Positions 13,059-21,250 of a stretch of 21,250 bases of DNA are shown here, piece after piece. Where the stretch lies: the NCBI GenBank assembly GCA_043228905.1, contig JBHGNT010000536.1, forward strand, positions 1 through 21,250, in the 5' to 3' direction. How positions within the stretch are numbered: position 1 is the stretch's first letter; each line of letters begins with the position of its first letter. The notes beneath the pieces were generated by a model, which had not been told where the DNA came from, did not search any database, and saw nothing but the letters and a program-made list of their open reading frames with translations. Made by a program: the position numbers and the translations under genes. The DNA is from Azolla caroliniana (lineage: Eukaryota; Plantae; Polypodiophyta).

Positions 13059-13120
<62 letters not shown>

Positions 13121-16100
13121 TTTAGTTTTACTTTTGATGAATGGCTAAATACCCCATTTTTGTTGTGAAACAATTGTCTCATGGACCAATTTTGGTCTTA
13201 GAATACGTTAATATATCTTTCTTTCTCTCTCTCCAAAGACAAAAGTTACAATATATCTAACTTGAGAATCTCACATGTGCTGAAAACCAGATTCCCTCGT
13301 CTCTTTTTATCTTATTTACTTGTATATTTACTGAGTGATATTTACTTTATTTTGATTTGTTCTTCTCAAAGACAAGACAACACTTAAGATGTAATCTATT
13401 GTTTGGTCTTATAGGCCATTTTGGCCTCTTAAAAGACATTAATATATCTTTCTTTCTTCAAGAATCAAGAAGCAAGCATTGTTTCTTAACTAATCAAAGC
13501 AAATGTTGAGAATAAATCTAGCCTTGAGGCAAATGAAGATGCAATCATGAAAAAATGGAAATATTTCCTCATTAAGAAGACAACAAAAGAAAATTTCGAT
13601 GAAGTTTGTGCAACCAAATCTACTTCTAAGAATGTGTTAGATGCCAAAGAGCTATATGAAAGAGAAAAACAAAAGAAAAATGTTACTATTAGAGGGATGT
13701 AAGAAGAAACATCAAAGAATGCACTCACCCTTGCTAAGAACATCGCAAAATTCTTTGAAGATCACTTTGCTATGTGTGATGTTATGGTATGTGGAGCACA
13801 CATTGTTGGTCATTGACAAATGTTCTGACATGTCTTCTAGCCTCTAGAGGAGGAAGTGTAGTTAATTATGTATTGGTGAAAGAATGTGAAGCATTCATAG
13901 TGAATACATTCAGTATTGGCTGATTGTCACCTACCTCGGACCACAAGCCTTCATACTTGCACATTGCAAACAAAAACTCACACATTTACTAATGCATTAC
14001 AGTACGAACGGAAAAGCAGTGCACTATGGTCACTATGCAATTTTATGCAACCTCACTATGGAAAATCTAATATATATGCAAATGAGGTAGAGGGATATGT
14101 CATGAACCTCTCCCTTAGTAAAGATGCGAAAACAAATTGGGAGAGATTGAAGGATGCCATTCTCAAGGTACGGTATCAACATTTTAGCGCAAGTGGACAT
14201 TGGGTGCTTAGTTTCCTATGCAATGCTTGGTCTGATGAAGAATGTGAGGCCCGTCTCAAAATGTTCAAGCTTGCAAAAGATAAAGATGAGAAAGCCCTAA
14301 CAATGTATTGAAGAATGGTGAGGAGGATGAAAAGGCAATACTATCAAATGCAAGAGAAGAAAAAAATATGCCAATGTTTAAAATCTAACCAAAGTTAGCA
14401 TGGAGACAACTTAAGGGGAAAAAGGAAGATAGAATTAATGAATTCACCAATGAAAAGATGGAACAATATGTACGTAGGCTTTATATGCATGACACGATAA
14501 TGCCTATGACATTGAGTATTGAAACACCATATAAGGCATGTGTATCTATTAAAGATGTTAATAGAGGGGCAAAAACGATGTCTAATCGCAAAGCCGCATA
14601 TGCAAGTGTAATGACAAATGAGCTCTTGAAATGGACAAGATCACAAACTCGCCAATGAATAGCAACTATGATGAACCAAGCTATGAAGCAAGGTTTCCCA
14701 GAAGATTGACTCATGAATTGGATTAAACCAATTTATAGAGGGGCTATAAAAAGTTGGTATCCAACAATCGAACTATCGTGGTTAGTTTAGTTATGGCCAA
14801 GTTATATAGCCCTATCATGGAGCAAAAGATTAGCTCATGGGCTGAACATCATCACAAACGAGCATTTGGTCAAGTAAGCCTTAGACCAAAACATTCAATT
14901 ATTGTGGAAGAAAGTTGACTTCAAGGGGAAACACTATATTGTTGTTCTATGGACTTTAAGAAAGCCTTTGACACTATAGCAAGGAGTGAACTTTGGAAAA
15001 GAATTATAGAGATCGGAATGCCATTAGCATATAGAGAAGTTGTAGCATGATTGAGTTAGGTGCCAAATGAAAATGGATAGAGGTTTCACAAAGTATTTTT
15101 TGAGCAACATGGTGGTCAAGCAAGGTGCCCTCTCCCTCCCACATTCTTTGGTCTATGCATTGATAGAAGAAATAGTAAACGAGGCGGCAAAAGAAGAAGG
15201 ATTGGATGGTCCAAAACTCAATGCATGAGCTAATTTTTGTACTCCTATATGTTGACGATGTTGTTTTATTCTCATATAACTTGGATGATATGCAACACTT
15301 CCTTAATATCTTGGAAATATTATGTCTTGGAAATATTATGTCAAATCAGCAAGCTAATTGTTGACATAGACAAAAACAAAAATGATGGCAATAAAGGCAA
15401 TATAGCTAAGATACTACCCCGCATTTATATGTGATGATGAGAGAGAGAAAAAAGATAGGGAAGAGAAGAGGCAGAGAAAAGAATACTTCAATATAGTATT
15501 AAGAAAAGAATACAATCCTCTTAAACTCCAAAAGTAACAACCCCAAATAATTACTTCAATATACTATTCGTAAAATAGTCTTTCCTTCTTCTCTCTTTCT
15601 TCTACTAATCATCTTCTCACTTATTCTAATCTTCTTATTCTTCCTTACTTCTTCTTGTAGATCTTCTACTCTTCCTTCTCCTTTATAACTATTCTATTCC
15701 CCATTTGTCTCTCCCAATCGCTAAGAATACCCTCATACTTATAGGTTTTTAGTTGCGTTATTCTTGCTTTTTCTTTAAATTTTCTTTTCTTTAACATATC
15801 CTCGAGTTTGTGTGGTGCGTTTTTCATATCATTATTTCTAGTTTGTCATCCAAATTTGTCATATAAGAAAGCTCCCTTTGTCAGCTTTCTTACGAATCTT
15901 TTCTTTTGAAATTTGGATAAGAGATGAAGTTATGAGCTTTTTTCTTTACCTTGCTTTTTCCCTGCGTTTTTCTTCTTTTCTACTTTTTCTACTTTTGAAA
16001 AACGCCTTTAACTTTATATCTCTTCAATTTCATTCATCTTTTAACTCTTGAACCTTTCATATTGTGCTCTATTCTTTTATACCTTCGCATCCAATGAATT

Positions 16101-18074
16101 TGTCACGGTCTTTTCCTACGAGCAAAAATCGACTTCACAATATGCAAGGGAGAACTAATACAAGTGCAAAGCTTCAAATATCTTGGTATAAATGTCCCAT
16201 CGACAAATAGGTGGAATGTATGCTATGAGTCTCGACTTCAAACGGGTTGGAAAAGTTATTATATGTTCAAGAATCAATAAAACCAAAGTGATACTTGAGG
16301 ACAAGAAGTGAGATTGATGTTATTCAATGTTATGGTGGTTCAAATGTTGCTTTATGGAGTGAAGGCTTGGGGTGTTACTATCTCCAAAAACATTGTCTTA
16401 TAAAGTTTGTAAAAGTTAAGAAACAAATGGCATACACCCTCCTCCTCCTTAAGAGGTGATCACTACGCATTGAGATCATGGCCATGGAAAGGGTTGTTGA
16501 ATGCATACTTAAGGTTCAAAAAGGCCCCTCATAACAACTTTCTAGATTTGCATAGGAATCAAGCAAAAAGATCCAAAAGACACAAAAGAATAAATTTGTG
16601 TTTTGGTTAGATGCAAGATATGGAAAAATGGTTTGGTAGATGGGATGCAACACACTTGCTTCATGATGCATCACTACATTCCTCTATAAATGAGCCATTT
16701 TCACAATGCCAATGTATCATAACATGGTACAAATGTGGAGGCTCACGCTTCACAAATTACACGACACATGTTGCACCTAACTACAAAACCATATTCTTCG
16801 TGAAACGAGAAAACCATACACTCGATGCGTGCTAAAGCCCATCCCATTGTTTGCCATTCAGACCATTGCTTCCATGCGACTTAGCTCACATGCATTGCAA
16901 TGTGAGATGGGGTGTCGGGGCACAAGTGATGACAGTGGTTGACTATGCACACTTTGCCCTAAACAAGTTCGAGAGTCTGAGTACCACATTTTGATACAAT
17001 ACTCTACCTTTGATCATATTTGACCACGCTTTCCACACATCTTTGACCAAACCCAATCTTTGCACAAATTCCTCATAACCACAATGTGCACTCTCAATTG
17101 CAACATTTATTGGTAAAGTTCTTGAACATCAAGAGTTGCTACTCACTTTCAAATGTATTATGTGAGTCTAAGTATCACATTTTGATACAATGCTCTACCT
17201 TTGATCATATTCGACCACGTTTTCCACACATCTTTGACCACACCCAATCTTTGCACTAATTCCTCTCACAGCCACAATGCGCACTCTCGATTGCAACATT
17301 CATTGGTAAAGTTATTGAACATCGAGTGTCGTTACTCACTTTTAGATGTATTATGTGAAATGTAATAATTTGGTCTCATAGGTTATATTTGACCTCTGAA
17401 GATGATAATAGAATCTATCTATCTATCTTTCTCGGCCTAATAACCCATAAACCCTAAAAAACACTTAAACTCTTAATCCAATTCTACTTGAAATAAGAGC
17501 TCGTGAAAAAAGAAAAAATACAAGAGCTAGATAAGAGTTCCTTAAATAAAAATAATAACCTAAATAACAAAATTTACTCTCTAAACCAAAACAGTAACTA
17601 TATAAGAAGCAAAGCTAAATGGAATTAATTAAATAGAAAATAAATATTTAAAATGTGTACCTCTGCAAAGCTTCCTTTCTTCTTGGTTATTAAGGCAATC
17701 AATCTCTCCCCTGGTAGAGCTCTGTCACAGAGCACAACAAAGCCAGTGTCCACTGTCTTGCAAACACCTTTCCCTTTGAAAGCAAGGCTTTCGCAAAGCA
17801 TCTCCAGTCTCTGTCCTTTTTCAGGGAAAACAAAAACCTTCTTCCGAGGCTTCATGTCTCCATTGACAGTTTCATGATTAGTATCATCAGAAGAAGAAGG
17901 AAAATGAAGAGGAGCCACTTCTTCGCCTTCTGCAACTTCTGTTGCTGCTGCTGCTGATATGAGAGGTTTAAGGTTTACCGCAGTTTGGCAAGGCGCGAGG
18001 GTTAAAGAAGAGAAAGGTTTTGCAAAGAGAAGGAAACGAGGTAGAGTGCGAGTAGGGCATTGCACGAACACCAT
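7555..18074 (-). CDS. RNA (uracil-C5) methyltransferase, RlmD/RumA-TrmA family, with TRAM domain and [4Fe-4S] motif; 10 exons; probably organelle-targeted; frameshifted in exon 5 as assembled
   Basis: Exons 18074-17661, 13041-12808, 11893-11729, 11538-11429, 11275-11190, 10034-9879, 9791-9676, 9569-9403, 8363-8233, 7707-7555, all with GT-AG boundaries. Motifs: LAFKGKG...RALPGE (TRAM), C-x5-CGGC, YRNKMEF, SANSFFQTN, LDLFCGTGTIG (SAM), DPNRPG, YVSCNP (catalytic Cys), DMFPHTPHIE. Confidence 0.9.
7731..7768. repeat. (GGTT)n microsatellite in the last intron
   Basis: ttagttggttgattggtaggttggttggttggttggtt. Confidence 0.8.
8233..8363 (-). CDS. Methyltransferase exon 9 (catalytic Cys)
   Basis: (D)PNRPGMHPDLVKYLLKQRPPRIVYVSCNPATCARDLDYLAHGL |GTAAG; 131 nt. 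Confidence 0.92.
8615..8712. repeat. Tandem duplication, 2 x 49 bp (intron 8)
   Basis: TTAACTATATT[G/A]TATATACCCCTTTTACAACAGAAAGATGGAAAA[A/G]AAG at 8615 and 8664. Confidence 0.9.
8854..8926. repeat. Tandem duplication, 2 x ~37 bp (intron 8)
   Basis: GGTCTCTGGAAACGGAGAGATA(A)TTCCAAAGAC[C/G]ATT at 8854 and 8891. Confidence 0.9.
9403..9569 (-). CDS. Methyltransferase exon 8
   Basis: [36 protein letters not shown]...PDVVII; 167 nt. Confidence 0.92.
9676..9791 (-). CDS. Methyltransferase exon 7 (SAM-binding motif I)
   Basis: AEILYDLVEQAAGLEGNGKEVVLDLFCGTGTIGLTLAK(R); 116 nt. Confidence 0.92.
9879..10034 (-). CDS. Methyltransferase exon 6
   Basis: VSIVNNINSSIGNT...FEISANSFFQTNPRQ; 156 nt. Confidence 0.92.
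10844..11131. repeat. Minisatellite, ~3 x 97-98 bp (intron 5)
   Basis: A[C/T]ACTTTTAGAAGACTC...GAAAATCACAT...TCCAGAAACTAG...GGATGCTTCTCTGG, starting at 10844, 10942 and 11039. Confidence 0.92.
11190..11275 (-). CDS. Methyltransferase exon 5 (contains an apparent frameshift and premature TGA)
   Basis: TAG| (R)EPETGDIQLMVNFVTSACK* in the entry frame; a shifted frame reads VNELVAGVHDV up to a strong GTAAGT donor. 86 nt is incompatible with the flanking phases. Confidence 0.8.
11429..11538 (-). CDS. Methyltransferase exon 4
   Basis: VLEIVQHYC...PPYDTHTHQGFLKHLVIRSG(R); 110 nt, ends in phase 2. Confidence 0.9.
11729..11893 (-). CDS. Methyltransferase exon 3
   Basis: MEFSYGTKKW...GLHAPGRFDKVLSINKCLLQQDSANK; 165 nt with AG/GT boundaries. 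Confidence 0.9.
12808..13041 (-). CDS. Methyltransferase exon 2 ([4Fe-4S] cysteine motif)
   Basis: CAG| AIKIETLSPHHNAVVAPCEHAADCGGCKMQNLAYDAQLEAKEQQV...HYRNK |GTATG; 234 nt, phase 0/0. Confidence 0.92.
13062..13118. repeat. (CT)n/(AG)n microsatellite near the 3' end of intron 1
   Basis: Perfect TC run of about 28 units. Confidence 0.97.
13119..13233 (+). mobile_element. Severely 5'-truncated LINE 3' end (unit A)
   Basis: GTCTCATGGACCAATTTTGGTCTTAGAATACGTTAATATATCTTTCTTTCTCTCTCTC matches the termini of units B and C. Confidence 0.6.
13234..13458 (+). mobile_element. 5'-truncated LINE 3' end (unit B)
   Basis: Contains AGATTCCCTCGTCTCTTT (RFPRLF, compare RFPHIF near the ORF2 end of unit C) and the terminus GGTCTTATAGGCCATTTTGGCCTCTTAAAAGACATTAATATATCTTTCTTTCTT. 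Confidence 0.65.
15309..15342. repeat. 16-bp tandem duplication within the LINE RT
   Basis: TCTTGGAAATATTATG x2. Confidence 0.85.
15432..16139. mobile_element. Solo LTR (708 bp) nested in the LINE RT region
   Basis: Begins TG, ends CA, flanked by the direct repeat ATATG (15427-15431 and 16140-16144). Removing it restores AFICKGELIQVQSFKYLG. No coding capacity. Confidence 0.8.
16973..17356 (+). repeat. Tandem duplication (~191 + ~193 bp) of the LINE ORF2 C-terminus
   Basis: GAGTCT[G/A]AGTA[C/T]CACATTTTGATACAAT...ATGTATTATGT at 16973-17163 and 17164-17356, with scattered substitutions. Confidence 0.92.
17449..17456 (+). promoter_or_regulatory. Telo-box-like motif (AAACCCTA) in the 5' part of intron 1
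   Basis: Exact match about 200 bp from the exon 1 donor. Telo boxes are common near the 5' ends of plant translation and RNA-processing genes; function here is not shown. Confidence 0.3.
17661..18074 (-). CDS. Methyltransferase exon 1 (putative transit peptide + TRAM domain)
   Basis: MVFVQCPTRTLPRFLL...CESLAFKGKGVC...DRALPGERLIALITKKKGSFAE, followed by donor GAG|GTACAC. Confidence 0.85.
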
Positions 18075-18088
18075 AGCCAGCCAGCTCG

Positions 18089-18167
18089 CTGTCTGTCTGT
18101 CTGTCTGTCTCGGAACACAGAGTCCGCGCAGTTTATCTCCTTCGTCTTCTTCTTCTTCTTCTTCTTC
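18089..18167. repeat. (CTGT)n and (CTT)n microsatellites in the probable 5' UTR of the methyltransferase
   Basis: ctgtctgtctgtctgtctgtct and tcttcttcttcttcttcttcttc. Confidence 0.85.
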
Positions 18168-18297
18168 CATTGTGCTCTCTACATATGAAAATGCCCACTC
18201 TTTTGTATATATTTACAAAAATGGCCACTCTTTTCTACCCCTATTTGTAAATGGCTTCTGATAGAGTTCTTTTTTGAGTGGCATCAAGTGACATACT

Positions 18298-18300
<3 letters not shown>

Positions 18301-18362
<62 letters not shown>
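18301..18362. repeat. (CT)n microsatellite, ~31 units
   Basis: Perfect TC run. Confidence 0.97.
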
Positions 18363-18365
<3 letters not shown>

Positions 18366-18723
18366 TCCTCTCTGAACGGCTCTTTCTGTCGTCGTCATTG
18401 TCTGCAGCCGTCATCGTAGTCGTCGTTGTCTGCATGTCGTCGTCATCGTCTGTCGTTGTCGCCGCCGTCTGTCGTTGCAACCGTCATTTGTCGCCGCCAC
18501 CGTCGAATGTCGTTGTAACCGCCGTCTGTCGTCCTTTTGGTTTTGGTTTGTGGCACAGTTGCCATTGTCGACCGTCGTTGTCACCTACACCTCTTACGAC
18601 GTTGTCGGTTGCATAGACGAGAGAGTACAAATGTGCTTCTACACTTGTACCTAGCGCGCAAGACATCGATACTCGGCTAAGTTTTTCTGTCCTTTTTCTT
18701 TCTTTTATCTTTTGAATTACAAC

Positions 18724-19496
18724 ATGACTTCTCGATGAAACCATAAGGAAACACACGACGAAATTATAAGTAAGGAAGAATTTTTAGATGTCCTTAACCG
18801 GTTAGTTTAAATGGAAAAATGGGCAAAAGAGATTGAAGCTGAAAAACAAAAAGATAAGGAAGAAAAAGAACTACTTATTGCTGAAATAGCGAAACTTAAG
18901 GAAGACAACGTGAACCTTCAAAAACAAGTTAAGGACCTTGAGATATCTAGGGAAGATGGTGAAATATCTTCCCTAGAGGATATTAAGGACGAGATAAAAA
19001 AGGTTAAGGAAGAGGTTAAAAGCGATATGGAATTAATGTAGTAAAATGTAATATTACAACGGAACTAAAGGATGAAAATATTGTAAACACCACCCTTGAG
19101 GAGGAAAAAATGTGTCAAGCTCGACGCTTAAACGTAAGAGTTACTGGGCTCAAGGAAGGGGCATCTCCTGACGAAGATGCACAAACATTAGGGAAGATGT
19201 TGGGGTACGAAGCCCTACCAATCACTAAAACTTGGAGAGTAGGATGTGACACCACTAGGAAAAGAGCTTTAGTCCTTAAGTTTAAGGACTCAGAATCTAG
19301 GATCACCTTTTTTAAAAAGAGACCAATTCTTTGAGGATTGGGCGAGGACCCTATCTACCTCGATGAAGACTTAACCAAGATGCAAATTGAACATCGTAAA
19401 ACTTGTATGCCACGAGTCATACAAGCTCGTAAAGAGGGGCACCATGCTTTTTACCGAGACGGGCGTGTGATAATTAATGATAGTGCCGCCAATTGA
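18724..19496 (+). pseudogene. LINE ORF1 (coiled coil + RRM/CTD-like, L1-ORF1p/Transposase_22-like), disrupted
   Basis: ATG 18724 is in frame with 18811 (two intervening stops). Heptad-rich EKELLIAEIAKLKEDNVNLQKQVKDL; frameshift at ~19031; RRLNVRVTGLKE...WRVG...LVLKF...IYLDEDLT; internal TGA at 19332-19334; ends TGA at 19496. Confidence 0.75.
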
Positions 19497-19502
19497 CGGT
19501 GT

Positions 19503-21250
19503 GTGGCCCATGTGATAGACAATAAACTTAGGATGACCTTATGGAATTGTAATGGTGCACTTTGGACACACCTTGGCCGTCTAGAGGACATTTTGAAGGT
19601 ATCTGATATACTTTTTTTAGTAGAAACACATCAGAGTCCAAATCGAGGACTGCCACAAGTTGACGGTTTTCGTTGGGAATTTGTCTTTAGACAAGCATCA
19701 CGTCGACACACTACTAGAGGTTCTGGAGGGGTTGCGATATTATTTCGGAGAGAGATACATAATAGGATAGAAATACTAAAGAAAGACCCAGAAGCCCATT
19801 TTATGTGGGTGAAAATCCTCACTAGCAAGGATCAGGTGATATTTATCATCATTTGTTACTTCCCCCCGAAAGGATCCCGATATAATACGGCTGGAGAGGC
19901 GAGTATAGTTGATGAAGGAACACCACATGGGCCTTCTCCATACAAACCTTTATCGGATGACATAATCCGATATTCTTCTCAAGGGGAAGTCTTCCTTGTA
20001 GGGGATTTTAATGCGAGAACCCAATCCCGACAATGCACAATATTTCAGATGGATAGAAACTTAGAAATGGTGAATGTCGACCCTTTAGCCTTAGACATAA
20101 CACGTACATCAAAAGATCAAGGTGCGGACGCCACAAGCTTTGGCCATCATCTACTTGAACTTGGAAGCTGACACCAGATGATCATGTATAATGGCTTAGC
20201 CAAGTGGCCAAGCTCGGAAGAGCTCACATGTTTCCCATATGGAGGAGGGGAAAGCATAGATGATTACCTAATAGGACGTCCTGAAGCTACCCACATGGTT
20301 AACTCCTTCCGAGTGGCCCCATGCCCCATTGGTGCAGACCATAGCTTCTTATACTTTGAGCTAAAATGTGACATCTCCCACGCCACCAACTCTAGTCAAC
20401 CAACCCATCACACCATAATACATTTCACGCATGAGGTCGCTGACATCTATTCTCGACATGTACAAGCCCATCTCTCCTCTTTTGATTCTTCCTTGCCTTT
20501 AGAGAACCTCACTACATAACACACACATCCTTCACTCAGCAGCAACTAGTAGCTTCCCATGCACGAAAGGTTCCAATCATAGTAGAATAGGGTCTATGCC
20601 ACAGAACAAGTGGTATGATGAGGATTGTAGAGAGTTGTATAGACAACTTAAGGTGTCACAACTTAGTGGTACTATTTCCTCAGTACAGGCTCGCAAAGAG
20701 ATGCGCAAGATGACACGTCGTAAAAGATGAGCTTGGGAAGCATCTCAATATTGGGAACTCTACCATATGTTCATGAGTAGGGACTGCACCCTTGCATGGA
20801 AGAGACAACGAGAATCGAGACCACAAACACCCATCGAGGATCCCAATATTTGGCACACATATATTGAGAGACTCTACCATGTCCCGAACCAACCACCCAT
20901 TCCAATGCCTTCCACACCTCGACCTACCATGGGGACACTTTTCACGACCTTTAGGGTCACGAAGGTCATAAAAAAATTACAACATAGGAAATCCATGGAC
21001 CACACAGGATTGCGAGCCGAGCACATCATATATGCTTGAGAGTGCCTAGCCCCCCTTCTCACTCTAATCTTCAACCGTGCCCTCGCCGAGGGTTTTCCAC
21101 CACAATGGGCCATGAACACAATGGCCCCTATACATAAAGGAGGGGACCCAATGGACCCAAATACATATAGGACCATTATGATAGTTCATACACTCGCTAA
21201 ACTATATGGTGTAGTAATGGAAGCAGAGCTCAGCGGTTATATGGAAACTT
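19503..21250 (+). pseudogene. LINE ORF2 (AP endonuclease + start of reverse transcriptase), disrupted
   Basis: TLWNCNG, LFLVETH, GSGGVAIL, CYFPP, VGDFNAR, SIDDY, GADH, KWYDEDC, KSMDHTGLRAEH, IFNRALAEGFPPQW...PIHKGGDPMDPNTYRTI...LAKLY. Stops at 20171, ~20730 and 21039; frameshift at ~20515. Confidence 0.9.

Larger units (their letters stand above)
13459..17432 (+). mobile_element. Degenerate non-LTR retrotransposon (LINE, unit C) in intron 1, antisense to the host gene
   Basis: ORF1 remnant (EREKQKKNVTIRG...AHIVG); APE C-terminus (GGSVVNY...SDH); AWSDEEC; RT motifs (GFPED...IKPIY, DFKKAFD, VKQG, LYVDD, FKYLG); C-terminal RLSSHALQCE...C-x2-C...ESEYH; tail (ATCT)n. Many stops and frameshifts. 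The 5' boundary is approximate. Confidence 0.88.
18363..21250 (+). mobile_element. LINE retrotransposon, apparently 5'-complete, continuing beyond the window
   Basis: CpG/GTC-rich putative 5' UTR (18363-18723), then ORF1 and ORF2 (APE + RT) remnants. The 5' boundary at the microsatellite is inferred. Confidence 0.88.

Noticed and set aside
18075-18170. Upstream in-frame ATG giving an MEEEEEEEDEG... extension of the methyltransferase
   Set aside because: The extension is translated microsatellite (GAA and ACAG repeats), and an acidic N-terminus would mask the transit-peptide-like sequence starting at 18074. Not excluded without TSS data.
18213-18756. ORFs with ERERER, SLSLSL or VVVV runs
   Set aside because: Translations of (CT)n and (GTC)n simple repeats.

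Overview
Eukaryotic land-plant genomic DNA (spliceosomal GT-AG introns, plant LecRK; a fern or other non-flowering plant is only my guess). From left to right: (1) an intact, intronless L-type lectin receptor-like kinase on the minus strand (878-3076). (2) A head-to-head inverted, multiply disabled paralogue of it on the plus strand (~4001-6167). (3) A 10-exon TRAM-domain/[4Fe-4S] RNA m5U methyltransferase of the RlmD/TrmA family on the minus strand (18074-7555). Its exon 5 carries an apparent ~26-bp frameshifting deletion while all other exons and splice sites look intact. (4) In its 4.6-kb first intron, a (CT)n microsatellite followed by three head-to-tail non-LTR retrotransposon units. All three end in the same covarying 3' stem-loop plus a TCTT/TCTA-repeat tail. 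The longest has an internal deletion, a nested 708-bp solo LTR with a 5-bp TSD, and a 3' tandem duplication. (5) A second, less decayed LINE starting right after another (CT)n tract upstream of the methyltransferase and running off the window. The most interesting signal is an apparent (TC)-microsatellite-targeting LINE family, with an animal-L1-type ORF1 and a structured 3' tail that recreates its own target site.
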